From assembly GCA_947632035.1 (NCBI GenBank), contig CANRNR010000006.1:376-64375 (forward strand): a stretch of 64,000 bases of DNA, read 5' to 3'. The first letter of the stretch is position 1; the number at the start of each line of letters is the position of its first letter. The notes beneath the pieces are model-generated. The model was given only the letters and a program-made list of their open reading frames with translations, was not told where the DNA came from and did not search any database. The stretch comes from an uncultured Clostridia bacterium (lineage in GTDB: Bacteria; Bacillota; Clostridia; TANB77; CAG-508). The translations under genes and the position numbers were made by a program. Shown piece by piece: positions 9,038-19,862 of this stretch.

Positions 9038-11026
9038 TTAGACTGTTTTAAACTCAATTGTTACTTTGAACAAGTCTCCATCTAAGTATATTTGGAATTT
9101 TCCTCCTTGAAGTTCTGTAAGACTTGTTGCTATTGAAAGGCCTAGTCCACTTCCTTCTGTATTTCTTGAAGACTCTCCTCTAACAAATCTTTGCATTAGT
9201 TCATCTGCACTAATGTTTAGCTTATCTTTAGATACATTCTTCATTTGTATAATAACTGTTTCTTTTCCTTTTATTACATCTACATATACTCTTGTGTTTT
9301 CTAATGAGTACTTAGATGCATTTCCATATATGTTTTCTAATACTCTATACATATATCTTCCATCTGCATTTATGTATACTGGTTCTTCTGGAACTGTTAT
9401 TATTTCCGTTAGTTCTTTTTCTTTGAATTTATCTTCGAACTCACCTGATATTTGTTTTACAAGCTCTATTACATTTAATTTTTCTATATTTAGTTTTATA
9501 TTTCCTGAAGATGCTTTTGATGCTTCTACTAAATCTTCTGTTAGTTTTTTTAGTCTTTGTGATTTATTTTCTAATACCATTAAATATTCTTGTGCTTTTT
9601 CATTTGGCATTTTTTCTTTTTTTAATAAATCTACATAATTTATTATAGATGTTAGTGGTGTTTTTATATCATGTGATACATTTGTAATTAACTCTGTTTT
9701 TAATCTTTCACTTTTTAAACTTTCTTGTATAGCATTTGATAGACCACCTGCTATATCGTCAATGTATACCGCCACTTGTTTTAAATCTCCATCCATTTCA
9801 TTTGGGTTTATGTATACTTCTGTGTTTCCTTCATATATTTTTTTAAGTGCTTGTTTTATTTTGTCAAATTCTTTTAATTTTTTAAACAATAAATAGAAGG
9901 TTGTAAGTGCAAGTACTATTAACATAATCATCCAGAAAAATGCAGTTTGACTACTATATGAATTCATAATTCCAATTGTACAAATAAATTCTATTAAGTA
10001 AAAACCTCCATAGAATAATACTAATTTTGTTGTAATTTTTATATATCTTCCTAATTCTGCTATTTGGTGAAATATAGCATATATTAAGCTAGATTTTATT
10101 AAAGTGTGTGTTTTTATTCTTTTTACTATTGTTTCTAGTAATAAAATTAGCATTAAATAGATAAATATTAAACCGGTTATTATTCCAATAATTCCAATTG
10201 GCCATCTTAATATGCTATCTAATGCATCAAAACACATTATAGTTGCCATAGTAGATAACATAATTATAAATAATATTATAGCTGTTACTATCTCTAGTTT
10301 CCATTTGTCAAACCATGTTAAATGTATTTCTTCATATTTTGCTGTTTTTCCAATTCCATTGATTATTGCAATTATTGCTAAAATTAATGCTATCATTGAT
10401 AATGGTAATAAAATTATTGAGTAGTTATAAAAATACTTGCATACTTGAAAGGCTATTTTAGTAAATACTATTGAATCATTGTATGGCATCTCATCTATTA
10501 TAGCACTATATATATCTACATTTTCCTTGTTATATTTTATTGTTTCAAAATTACTATCGTAATATATATTTTCTTCTTTTAAAGCTTCTGCACTTGTATC
10601 TATTTTTTCGTTCACATAATTCCAGTATATTTTATTCTTTCCGATATGGGTTTTTATTTCGTCTATTGTGTCAGTATATGTTGTTTTTTGCACACTAGTA
10701 TATGCTGTGCCTGTTTTTTTATTAATAATTAAATAAATAATATTTGAATTTCTATCCCAATTATATATTATGTTTTCAGAATTTTTATCTTTAGTAGAAG
10801 CTGGTTCGTAATTTCTTATATAATAATTATTTAATCCTACATTTTTTAAATATTCATTTGTGAATATATAACTTTCATAATAATTATCAGTACTTTTTAA
10901 TTGTATATTTTGCTCTACTGTTATTAATGATAGTATACATAAAATAAATATGGTAAAGAATATTGGTACAAAAAAATATTCTATGTTTTTTACTATTCTA
11001 GCCGTACAGACTTTTTTATTGTTCAT
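9038..11026 (-). CDS. Sensor histidine kinase (multi-TM sensor, HisKA and HATPase_c domains)
   Basis: H-box ELITNVSHDIKTPLTSI, N-box NASKYS, G2 box GSGLGLSIA. SD AGGAGG lies 7 nt upstream of the ATG. Confidence 0.9.
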   Translation of the reverse strand: MNNKKVCTARIVKNIEYFFVPIFFTIFILCILSLITVEQNIQLKSTDNYYESYIFTNEYLKNVGLNNYYIRNYEPASTKDKNSENIIYNWDRNSNIIYLIINKKTGTAYTSVQKTTYTDTIDEIKTHIGKNKIYWNYVNEKIDTSAEALKEENIYYDSNFETIKYNKENVDIYSAIIDEMPYNDSIVFTKIAFQVCKYFYNYSIILLPLSMIALILAIIAIINGIGKTAKYEEIHLTWFDKWKLEIVTAIILFIIMLSTMATIMCFDALDSILRWPIGIIGIITGLIFIYLMLILLLETIVKRIKTHTLIKSSLIYAIFHQIAELGRYIKITTKLVLFYGGFYLIEFICTIGIMNSYSSQTAFFWMIMLIVLALTTFYLLFKKLKEFDKIKQALKKIYEGNTEVYINPNEMDGDLKQVAVYIDDIAGGLSNAIQESLKSERLKTELITNVSHDIKTPLTSIINYVDLLKKEKMPNEKAQEYLMVLENKSQRLKKLTEDLVEASKASSGNIKLNIEKLNVIELVKQISGEFEDKFKEKELTEIITVPEEPVYINADGRYMYRVLENIYGNASKYSLENTRVYVDVIKGKETVIIQMKNVSKDKLNISADELMQRFVRGESSRNTEGSGLGLSIATSLTELQGGKFQIYLDGDLFKVTIEFKTV

Positions 11027-11153
11027 TTACAGCCCTCCTTTTAGATTTTTTATTAAGTTATTAATTTTTTACTTTTGTTCATTTTTACTTTTTCATTATT
11101 TGTTTTGCTTCTTAATTTTATTACTTTTTACTATTCATCTAATTCTCATCTAT

Positions 11154-11870
11154 TTAGCTTTTATTTAAGTTTTCAATTTTATAGCCTATTCCCCATATTA
11201 CTTTTAAGTATTTTGGTTCTCTTGGGTTGATTTCTATTTTTTCTCTTATGTGCCTTATATGTACTGCTATTATATTTTCTGCTGAATAGCTTTCTTCTTC
11301 CCATACATTCTCATATATTTGTTCTATTGAATATACTATTCCTTTGTTTTTTGTTAAAAACTTTAGTATGTTATATTCTGTTGGAGTTAACTTTACTTCT
11401 TTTCCTTCTACAATAACTTGTTTTGTATTATCATTTATTATCAAGTCTCCTGAAGTGTATACGTTTTCATCTTCAATTTGTTCTTGGCTTGCGATTGAAC
11501 CAAGCGAGGTATATCTTCTTATTTGAGAGTTTACTCTTGCTATTAGCTCTAATGGATTAAATGGCTTTGTAACATAGTCGTCTGCCCCATTGTTAAGACC
11601 TGCTATTTTATCATAATCTTCTGATTTAGCAGATAACATAATTATTGGTATTGCTTTATCTTTTCGTATTATATTTGCTGTGCTTATTCCGTCTAGCTTT
11701 GGCATCATTATATCTAATATAATAAGATGTATATCTTGATTTTTTTCTAATACTTGTAATGCTTCTACTCCGCTATATGCTTTTAAAATATTATATCCTT
11801 CTTTACTTAAATAAATTTCAATTGCGTTTACTATTTCTTTATCATCATCTACTACTAAAATATTGTACAT
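11154..11870 (-). CDS. OmpR/PhoB-family response regulator
   Basis: Receiver domain MYNILVVDDDKEIV...DIMMPKLDG...LSAK. Winged-helix C-terminus LTPTEYNILKFL...YLKVIWGIGYKI. Confidence 0.9.
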   Translation of the reverse strand: MYNILVVDDDKEIVNAIEIYLSKEGYNILKAYSGVEALQVLEKNQDIHLIILDIMMPKLDGISTANIIRKDKAIPIIMLSAKSEDYDKIAGLNNGADDYVTKPFNPLELIARVNSQIRRYTSLGSIASQEQIEDENVYTSGDLIINDNTKQVIVEGKEVKLTPTEYNILKFLTKNKGIVYSIEQIYENVWEEESYSAENIIAVHIRHIREKIEINPREPKYLKVIWGIGYKIENLNKS

Positions 11871-12090
11871 ATCATTTTTGTATGATGTATTTAATAACTT
11901 AAATAATCATACACTCCTTTCTTATTTTTATAAATCTTTTTTCTTATTATAACATAATTTTGCTAGTTTTTCTTTTCATTGTAACTTTTTATTTAATAGT
12001 ATTATAATGGATATTTCTTAAGAAAAAAGATATAAAATTATTAAATTTTTCTTAAGTAATTAAATTGCTACTACATTTATTTACAAAATG

Positions 12091-12185
12091 AAAAAGAACA
12101 ATATATTTTTGCTAACAATGTAATAAACTTTTTTCAAACTTTAAAAAGTATTACATATGTAGCTAAAAATTGCATTGTTCTTTTT
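12091..12185. repeat. About 95-nt near-perfect long palindrome in the intergenic region (terminator or insulator-like)
   Basis: aaaaagaacaat (12091-12102) pairs with attgttcttttt (12174-12185). Inner pairings are atttttgcta/tagctaaaaat, tgtaata/tattaca and cttttt/aaaaag. It lies downstream of the DUF2298 gene stop. Confidence 0.5.
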
Positions 12186-12248
12186 TAGTAAAAGTCATTT
12201 ATATATTCAGATTAAATTGTTTAAGTAAAAAACCTAAGTTCCATTGTC

Positions 12249-14690
12249 TTATTTACATTTTACAATATAAACTGGAGACATTACATAATTTTCATCTTTC
12301 TTGTATACTATATCTCCTAAACTTAGCAATACACTAAAATCAGTATTTGTATAGCCACTATATTCTACATTTCCGATATAAATATATGAAATATTATATT
12401 TTTCTATTAGAGATTTTACATAATCTTTATCTTGTGATGTATATATTTGATAAATGTCATTCCATCTTATTGCTAATTCTTCAGGCATACTATAATCTGG
12501 ATTTGCTCTCCAAACCCATTCATGTGCTTGCCATGCTAATACTGTTGCGTTTGCTGTAAAAGCAGATATTCTTGTAGATATTGTATAACTTCCGTCTGAT
12601 TTTTCAAGAATTATTGCATCTCTATCTATGTTTTCTTTTATCCATTGTATTGCTTCATAATCATCTGGAAGATTTGTTTTAATATGGTTCTCAACACTTC
12701 TAAGATTCATTGAGTTATTTTTTAAGTCAACTGTCATATAACCAATTGCATCTATTCCATAACAAATTGTAGTTAAAAATACTATTAGAATTATTATTGT
12801 GATTGTCTTTTTTATTACTGATGATTTTTCAAATATATGCTTTATTAATATGTAGCTTGTGGAAATGTGGAATAATGTTATTGCATTAAATGTAAGTTTA
12901 AACATTGTATTTGCTCTTTTATATTCGTCACTATATATGTCTTTTAGATATATAATTTCAGGTAATAGTACTAGTCCAATTGCACAAACACCTATTATTA
13001 TTACATATACATCTGATAGATTCATTCTGTTTATATAATCAAATATACTTCCTTTTTTCTCTTTGAAATATTTATATAAAAGTGTAATTATGTTTGCTAT
13101 AACACATAGTGTTGGTAATCCCCATAAAACAATCAGTTTATACATTGGGGACATAATGTTTGTGAAGTGTACTTGTGTTGCACTAATATATAAGTGCATT
13201 GAAAATGTTAATGATAATAATTCTTCTAATACAACAACTTCTACTAATTGTGCAAGTGTTACAAGAATTTTTTGCTTGAACTTTTTATATTTTATGAAGT
13301 TTTTAACTGTTACTACTGCACCTATTATTACTAAATATATTGGAAGATCCCAATAATTTGTCATTTTTTGAATTGCTAAAAGGACTCCCATTAAAATTAT
13401 ATTTAGATTAAAGATTTTTTTCCATCTACCTTTTCTTTTAATTTTCTTACCATCTTTTGAAATTTTTACTTTTGCATCATCTTTTGAATTTTTAGTGTCT
13501 TCTTGATTTTTATTATCTTCTAATTTTTCAATATTTTCTGTACTTTTTTCGTCTTCAGAAAGCATATATTGTAACAGTAATGCGAGCATTGTAAGTGCAA
13601 ACATAGTATCAAAATAATGTGCATGTAAATCTCCTGCTATGTTCATATATGATGGAAATGCAGTAATTGTTTTGTCTGGTACATCTGGTCTATATCCTAT
13701 ATAATAACAAGGATCTGCAAAAAAATAGTCTTGGTCTTGCAAAGCCCATCTATATATTGGATAATATGTTGTTCCACCTAAACAGGTTGAAAGTCCAGCT
13801 AATATTGCTATTGCTATTGGTACAGTTTTTGCAAGTTTCTTTGTATTATCTTTTATCAAATTTTTTCCTAGGGTTTTACCTATTGAATATGCTAGTGTAA
13901 ATAAGCATGAGGCAAGTAGTGCAATCATTAGGTTATAACTTTCTTCTACATGAGTCATTGATATTTTATTTAAAAATGCTGTTATGTATTGACCATAATA
14001 ATAATAGTTTATGGTATTTCCTGATAGCCATATATCTTCTACTGGTAAATAGTCTGAATTCATTATCTTATTTATGAACCCATAATTCATAAAGTGTTCA
14101 GTATTTTCATTTAAAACTGGATTAAAGCTTCTAATATATACCCATATTGTGAAAGCTATTAAAAATATTATTTCTATTATTAGTATATTTATAATTATAT
14201 TGCTTATTTTACCCTTTTTTGGATTAGTTGATTTTTCGTTTAATACTTTTTCATTAGTTGATTTTTCACTCAATACTTCTTCTTTATTTAGTTCTTTTTT
14301 TGATGCTTTTGCACTTACTATCTTTCCTTTTGCCTTTTTTCTTCTTGCTACTAATCTTGCTATTAATACTATTAGGTTTATAAATGCTATACTACCTAGT
14401 ATTATATAACTATTTATAGAATTAAATTTTAGTATTTTTAGGTATGATAAGTTCCATAGTATTAAGCCTGAAATGCCAAGCCCTAATATTTTTGAAAACA
14501 TCCATCCTCTATCATCAAATTTTTTAAATACCATAGAAAATGTTGGAAAGGATATAAGCCCTACTGCTATTAATGTTACCCACCATTTTATCATGTATAT
14601 GTAATTTTCTTTTAATAAAAAATATCCTCCTGTTAATACTGCAATTAAAATTAATACTAATATACTTATTTTAATTATTTGCTTTTTCAT
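12249..14690 (-). CDS. DUF2298 ('YYY') family polytopic membrane protein (GT-C-like) with Lys/Glu-rich inserts
   Basis: Many TM segments. Motifs NYYYYGQY and AFPSYMNIAGDLHAHYFD are typical of DUF2298. Confidence 0.65.
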   Translation of the reverse strand: MKKQIIKISILVLILIAVLTGGYFLLKENYIYMIKWWVTLIAVGLISFPTFSMVFKKFDDRGWMFSKILGLGISGLILWNLSYLKILKFNSINSYIILGSIAFINLIVLIARLVARRKKAKGKIVSAKASKKELNKEEVLSEKSTNEKVLNEKSTNPKKGKISNIIINILIIEIIFLIAFTIWVYIRSFNPVLNENTEHFMNYGFINKIMNSDYLPVEDIWLSGNTINYYYYGQYITAFLNKISMTHVEESYNLMIALLASCLFTLAYSIGKTLGKNLIKDNTKKLAKTVPIAIAILAGLSTCLGGTTYYPIYRWALQDQDYFFADPCYYIGYRPDVPDKTITAFPSYMNIAGDLHAHYFDTMFALTMLALLLQYMLSEDEKSTENIEKLEDNKNQEDTKNSKDDAKVKISKDGKKIKRKGRWKKIFNLNIILMGVLLAIQKMTNYWDLPIYLVIIGAVVTVKNFIKYKKFKQKILVTLAQLVEVVVLEELLSLTFSMHLYISATQVHFTNIMSPMYKLIVLWGLPTLCVIANIITLLYKYFKEKKGSIFDYINRMNLSDVYVIIIGVCAIGLVLLPEIIYLKDIYSDEYKRANTMFKLTFNAITLFHISTSYILIKHIFEKSSVIKKTITIIILIVFLTTICYGIDAIGYMTVDLKNNSMNLRSVENHIKTNLPDDYEAIQWIKENIDRDAIILEKSDGSYTISTRISAFTANATVLAWQAHEWVWRANPDYSMPEELAIRWNDIYQIYTSQDKDYVKSLIEKYNISYIYIGNVEYSGYTNTDFSVLLSLGDIVYKKDENYVMSPVYIVKCK
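14224..14283 (-). repeat. In-frame 30-nt tandem duplication inside the DUF2298 gene
   Basis: ttagttgatttttcgtttaatactttttca followed by ttagttgatttttcactcaatacttcttct. It encodes the repeated ..EKSTNEKVLNEKSTN.. segment. Confidence 0.7.
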
Positions 14691-14702
14691 AATACCTCTT
14701 TT

Positions 14703-15836
14703 CTAAACATTATCTTTTGCTTTTTTATTATCTTTTTCTTTATATTCTATGTACTCTTCTATTAAAAGTTTTATTACTGTGCCTACTGGAACTGATAGAA
14801 ACATTCCTAGTACTCCAAAGTATGCTCCACCAATTGTTACTGCAAATATTACTAAAAGTGGGCTAATAGATAATGAATTTCCTATAATTTTTGGGTTTAT
14901 AATGTTTGCATCAATTTGCTGTAATATTATTACAACTATTGCCATTAGAATAGCTTGACCTATACCTCCTGTAAATAGTGTTACTATTATTGCAATTATT
15001 ACTGCTACTATTGCTCCAAAATATGGTATTAAATTGAATAATCCTATAGTAAAGCCTAGCATAACTGCATATTTTACTCCTAAAATTGACATGGCTACTG
15101 ATGTTAAAATTCCTACTACAATTGCATCTAATACTTGACCTGATATGTATTTAAAAAATACTTCATTTGATTTGTTAAAATATCTACTTACCATTTCATA
15201 TGTTCCTTTAGGGAATAGCGCTCCTGCTAGCCTTTTTAAAAATTGTAGTATTTGTCTTCTTTCTGCTAATAAATATACTGAAACGATGAATGATACAAAT
15301 ATATTAAATACTCCACTTACTGCACTAATTGCACCTTGTGCATATTGCATTAGTTTTTCTATGTTTAGATATTCTTTTAAATCGATTTGGCTGAGGTTTT
15401 GAATTATTCCCATTATTGCCTCATTCTTCCAAACTGAATCTTCTGGTAGGTTTTGTATTTTTTCTAATGTGCTATTATAGTAATTTCCAAAGTTTGCTAC
15501 AAAGTCTGCTATACTTTTTGCAATATTTGGTACAACAAATGTTAGTGCTAATACTATTATTAAAATTGCAATTATGTATACTGTAATAATTGATAACCCT
15601 CTTGCCCTTTTTGATAAGAATTTTACTTTTTTGTACCTTTTTTCTACAGCTCTACATGGTATATAGAATAAGTATGCTATTAGCAAGCCCATTACAAATG
15701 GCATTAGAATATTTAGTAAGCTTTTAAAAAAATCAGTAATTGGACCTAAATTATCTAATAGTTTATATACTGCTATTATTGCTATTGCTAACATAAACCA
15801 ATATAACCATTTACTTAACTTTTTTTGTTCTTTCAT
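14703..15836 (-). CDS. AI-2E family transporter (PerM/YhhT-like)
   Basis: Polytopic membrane protein with ...GLFNLIPYFGAIVAVIIA... It lies 12 nt upstream of the DUF2298 gene in the same orientation. Confidence 0.8.
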   Translation of the reverse strand: MKEQKKLSKWLYWFMLAIAIIAVYKLLDNLGPITDFFKSLLNILMPFVMGLLIAYLFYIPCRAVEKRYKKVKFLSKRARGLSIITVYIIAILIIVLALTFVVPNIAKSIADFVANFGNYYNSTLEKIQNLPEDSVWKNEAIMGIIQNLSQIDLKEYLNIEKLMQYAQGAISAVSGVFNIFVSFIVSVYLLAERRQILQFLKRLAGALFPKGTYEMVSRYFNKSNEVFFKYISGQVLDAIVVGILTSVAMSILGVKYAVMLGFTIGLFNLIPYFGAIVAVIIAIIVTLFTGGIGQAILMAIVVIILQQIDANIINPKIIGNSLSISPLLVIFAVTIGGAYFGVLGMFLSVPVGTVIKLLIEEYIEYKEKDNKKAKDNV

Positions 15837-15931
15837 GTTTTTTCCCTCACTTTATTTTAAGTTTACATATTTTATATAATTAATTTCTACTCACTTATCT
15901 TTTTTAATTTATTTGTGTTTCACATATTTAT

Positions 15932-16699
15932 TTATATTTTGCAAACCAATCCAACTGGGCAATGGTCGCTTCCCATTATATTATCATAAATATTACTTTC
16001 TTCAATTTTATTCTCGATTGATTTTGATACTATAAAATAATCTATTCTCCAGCCTACATTTTTCTCCCTTGCATGGAACATATATGACCACCAAGTGTAA
16101 GCATTTTCTTTTTCTGGATATAAATATCTAAAGCTATCAGTAAAGCCTGCATTTAAAAGCTCTGTCATTTTATTTCTTTCTTCGTCTGTAAATCCTGCAC
16201 TTTGATGGTTTGTTTTTGGATTTTTTAAGTCTATTTCTTCGTGTGCTACATTGAAGTCTCCACAATATATTACTGGTTTTTTCTTATCTAATTTTGATAA
16301 ATAATCTCGTATTTCATCTTCCCAAAGCATACGGTAGCTTAATCTTTCTAGCTCTCTTTTCGAATTTGGTGTATAGCAATTTACTAAGAAAAATTTTTCA
16401 AATTCTAAAGTTATTACTCTTCCTTCTTGGTCATGTTCTTCTTTTCCTATTCCATAGGTTACTTTTATTGGCTTTTCTTTTGTAAATACTGCTGTGCCTG
16501 AGTAACCTTTTTTTACAGCACTATTCCAGTATGAATTATAATTTTTAAAAATGTTTTGTATTTCTATATCTATTTGTTCTTCTTGCATTTTTGTTTCTTG
16601 AATGCAAAATATGTCTGCATCTATATTTTCAAAAAATTCTTTAAATCCTTTATTTATAACTGCTCTTAAGCCATTTACATTCCATGATATTAGTTTCAT
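15932..16699 (-). CDS. xth: Exodeoxyribonuclease III
   Basis: MKLISWNVNGLRA..., CIQETK, ...GSDHCPV at the C-terminus. Confidence 0.9.
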   Translation of the reverse strand: MKLISWNVNGLRAVINKGFKEFFENIDADIFCIQETKMQEEQIDIEIQNIFKNYNSYWNSAVKKGYSGTAVFTKEKPIKVTYGIGKEEHDQEGRVITLEFEKFFLVNCYTPNSKRELERLSYRMLWEDEIRDYLSKLDKKKPVIYCGDFNVAHEEIDLKNPKTNHQSAGFTDEERNKMTELLNAGFTDSFRYLYPEKENAYTWWSYMFHAREKNVGWRIDYFIVSKSIENKIEESNIYDNIMGSDHCPVGLVCKI

Positions 16700-16818
16700 A
16701 TTTTTCTCCTATATTATTTTTTTCAGTTATTAATATAACATATATTTTTATGATTTTCAATTAGTTTATTAAGTTTACAAGTTTCTATAATTAATGTTCA
16801 TTTTGTTGCATTACAGTA

Positions 16819-16852
16819 TAAAAAAATTGGCTAGATATTTCTAACCAATTTT
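16819..16852 (-). terminator. Rho-independent terminator after the SleB-like gene
   Basis: On the minus strand, aaattggttag-aaatat-ctagccaattt is followed by ttttttt. The stem has one mismatch. Confidence 0.6.
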
Positions 16853-16875
16853 ATTTTTAATTATATTTAAATTTT

Positions 16876-17877
16876 TTACATTGCATTAAAGTATACGTTT
16901 CCGCCTATATTAACACCATTTGCATAACCTGCTGCTCTAAATGATAAATAATTATGGTTTCTTTTTCCGTTTAATGCATCTATAACTGCTTGTTTAACAC
17001 GATCTGGATAATTTCCGTTTAATCTTCTTCTCCAATAATTATCTATTGAATAACAGAATTGATTTTTTGCTTTGTATTGGCTTAATGGGTCTGTTCCGTT
17101 ATGTTTCCATTTTGAACTTTCTGCTCTGTTACATGCACATGTTATAACTGCTAATGCTCCTTCATAACTTGATGAACATTCTTGGGCTGTTATAGCACAT
17201 ATTAAGTCTAATTCTGATTCTGTGTAGCTCCATTTTCCGCCATATCTTGTTGTTCCACCTCTTGAGATAACCTGTTGTTCATTTCTTACTTCAACAATTT
17301 TATCTACTGGTTTACGAATTATTTTAGATTTAATTTCTTTTTTTTCAATTTCTTTTTCGTTTTGATATTTTATTTTATAAGTAACTTCTTTTAAACCATC
17401 TACACCATATTGTACTATTCTATCTTGTTTTGCACCAAATCCTGATGCTACGTTCTTTGTAATAGTTTCATAAGGTATTTTTACCTTTTTTACCACGATT
17501 TTTTCTACTATGTCATCATAGCTTGCTAAAATTTCTTCTACACTTACATCTGAAGAATTTTCAATTACTTCTGGAAGTGCAATTTCTTCATCTATTTTTT
17601 TAGTTATTTTAATCGTGTTATTATCAGATAATTCCGATTCTAAATCTGGAGTTACTTTTTCATCATCTAATAGAATTATATGATTTTCATCAAGTATCTC
17701 TGATACTTTTTTCTTGCTAGATAATACATTCATTTCGTATCCACTTGCAAGTACTATTTTTACATTACTTATTTTTACATTTGTAGCAGAAACTACTACT
17801 GTCATTATAAAAATAAATAATATACTAATAGAAATGATTTTTTTCAGCGATATAGATGCTTTATCATCATTTTTCAT
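16876..17877 (-). CDS. Membrane-anchored cell-wall hydrolase (DUF348 + G5 + SleB-like catalytic domain)
   Basis: N-terminal TM. G5-like YETITKNVASGFGAKQDRIVQYGVDGLKEVTYKIKY. C-terminal LICAITAQECSSSYEGALAVITCACNR..., as in SleB/Hydrolase_2. Confidence 0.7.
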   Translation of the reverse strand: MKNDDKASISLKKIISISILFIFIMTVVVSATNVKISNVKIVLASGYEMNVLSSKKKVSEILDENHIILLDDEKVTPDLESELSDNNTIKITKKIDEEIALPEVIENSSDVSVEEILASYDDIVEKIVVKKVKIPYETITKNVASGFGAKQDRIVQYGVDGLKEVTYKIKYQNEKEIEKKEIKSKIIRKPVDKIVEVRNEQQVISRGGTTRYGGKWSYTESELDLICAITAQECSSSYEGALAVITCACNRAESSKWKHNGTDPLSQYKAKNQFCYSIDNYWRRRLNGNYPDRVKQAVIDALNGKRNHNYLSFRAAGYANGVNIGGNVYFNAM

Positions 17878-18192
17878 AGTAAATTTGTTCCTCCTTTAAA
17901 ACAACAACTATATTATACCATTTTTGAAAAATAATGTCAAATTTTTTCACATTCTACCTAAGTAGCTTAATGTAGCTTTTTCTCAAATTTTTATTTGCGT
18001 ATTTTTTTAGTTTATATGCTTATACTATAATTATATTCGGGCTTGTACAAAAATATGACAACCTTTAAAAATTTTAGATATTTTTTCTTTTATTTTATAT
18101 AAAAATATTAGCAAATTGCATTTTTTATAATATTGTATTTATTTTTATAATATGATATTATAGTAGAAAACAAATTAAAAGGAGTGAATTTT

Positions 18193-18747
18193 ATGTGGTT
18201 ATGGATTATTTTAGCAATTATTGTAGTATTAGTTATTGCTATTATTGGTGTTTACAATAGTTTAGTAACTTTAAGGCAACGTGTAAAAAATGCTTGGAGT
18301 CAAATTGATGTTCAATTACAAAGAAGATTTGACTTAATTCCTAATTTAGTAGAATGCGTAAAAGGTTATATGGCTCATGAAAGTGACGTTTTAACAAAAG
18401 TTACAGAGCTTCGTACATCTTGGGCAAATGCTCAAACTGTAAAAGAAAAAGCAGATTTGGATAATCAATTATCTGGTGCTTTAAAAACTATTATGGCAGT
18501 TTCAGAAAATTATCCTGATTTAAAAGCTAGTCAAAATTTTTCTGAGTTACAAGAAGAATTAAGAAATACAGAAAATAAAATTTCTTATTCTAGACAATTC
18601 TATAATGATAGTGTTACAAGATACAATACAAAAATAGAGCTATTTCCTTCTAACATTATTGCCTCTATGTTTCATTTTCAAGCTGAAAGCTTATTTGAAG
18701 CTGAAAGTGATGATGCTAGAAAAAACGTAAAAGTAAATTTTAATTAA
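18193..18747 (+). CDS. lemA: LemA family protein
   Basis: ATG at 18193 lies 8 nt after AGGAG; the GTG at 18184 in the ORF track overlaps the SD. N-terminal TM, then [21 protein letters not shown]...SENYPDLKA. Confidence 0.85.
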   Translation: MWLWIILAIIVVLVIAIIGVYNSLVTLRQRVKNAWSQIDVQLQRRFDLIPNLVECVKGYMAHESDVLTKVTELRTSWANAQTVKEKADLDNQLSGALKTIMAVSENYPDLKASQNFSELQEELRNTENKISYSRQFYNDSVTRYNTKIELFPSNIIASMFHFQAESLFEAESDDARKNVKVNFN

Positions 18748-18820
18748 GTTATATTTAAGCTAAATTTAAAACTAAATTTAGCTTAAAAATTTATTTTAAA
18801 GGTGGAATTTATTTAAAGCT

Positions 18821-19723
18821 ATGTATGAAGATATTAGAAGAAATAAAATAAAAACTGGAATTATTATTAGCATTTTTATTTTAGTTATCACTTTGATTGT
18901 TTATTATATTTGTATGGCCTTTGATTTAGGTGCTATTTCTATTGTGATTGCTTTAGCAGTTTCAATAATTTCAGCATGGAGCTCTTATTATTATAGTGAT
19001 AAAATTATTTTGTCATTAAATAATGCTCGTCCTGCTACACCTGAAGAAAATAAGCAATTATTAAATATACTTGATGGTTTAATGGTTTCTTCTGGTCTTA
19101 CTTCAAAACCTAGATTATATGTAGTTGAGGATCCTCAGCCAAATGCTTTTGCTACTGGACGTAATCCGGAAAATGCTATTATTTGCGTTACTACTGGATT
19201 ATTAGAGAAATTAAACTATTATGAACTAGAAGGAGTTGTAGCACATGAACTTTCTCATATTAAAAATTATGATATTCGTTTATCTGCTATAGTTACTGTT
19301 ATGGTTGGACTTGTTGTTATGCTTTCTGATTTAGTTTCTAGAATGTTTCTTTATGGCGGTAGAGGTAGAAGTCGTGATAATGATAATGCAAATCCTATTT
19401 TAATGCTTTTAGGTTTGATTGCCCTAATTCTTGCACCTTTGTTTGGTCAATTAATGAAGCTTGCAATTTCTAGAAAAAGAGAGTATTTAGCAGATGCTAC
19501 TGCTGTAGAATTTACTAGAAATCCTGATGGTTTGATTTCTGCTCTTCAAAAACTAGAAGCAGATAGCAATGAACTTAAAACTGCTAATAATTCTACTGCT
19601 CATATGTATATTATAAGTCCATTTAAGAAAAATGCTAATGGTAAAAGGAAAAAGACAAGTAGTATTTGGTCTACTCACCCTTCTACTGAAGATAGAATTG
19701 AAGCTTTAAAGAATTTAAAATAG
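18821..19723 (+). CDS. htpX: M48-family zinc protease HtpX
   Basis: HELSHIKNYD (HExxH), four TM segments, and the usual pairing with lemA. Confidence 0.85.
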   Translation: MYEDIRRNKIKTGIIISIFILVITLIVYYICMAFDLGAISIVIALAVSIISAWSSYYYSDKIILSLNNARPATPEENKQLLNILDGLMVSSGLTSKPRLYVVEDPQPNAFATGRNPENAIICVTTGLLEKLNYYELEGVVAHELSHIKNYDIRLSAIVTVMVGLVVMLSDLVSRMFLYGGRGRSRDNDNANPILMLLGLIALILAPLFGQLMKLAISRKREYLADATAVEFTRNPDGLISALQKLEADSNELKTANNSTAHMYIISPFKKNANGKRKKTSSIWSTHPSTEDRIEALKNLK

Positions 19724-19754
19724 CATTTATATTTTTAAATAAAATATTTTTAAA

Positions 19755-19803
19755 TAAAAAACATATCCAATTTACTTATAAATAAATTTGGATATGTTTT
19801 TTC
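19755..19803. terminator. Bidirectional rho-independent terminator between convergent htpX and tatD
   Basis: A6, then acatatccaa...ttggatatgt (10-bp perfect core), then T5. Confidence 0.75.
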
Positions 19804-19862
19804 TAATTTTTAATAATCTATGTTTTTCGATTTTTAGTATTCAACTTTTAGTAAGCTAGTTA

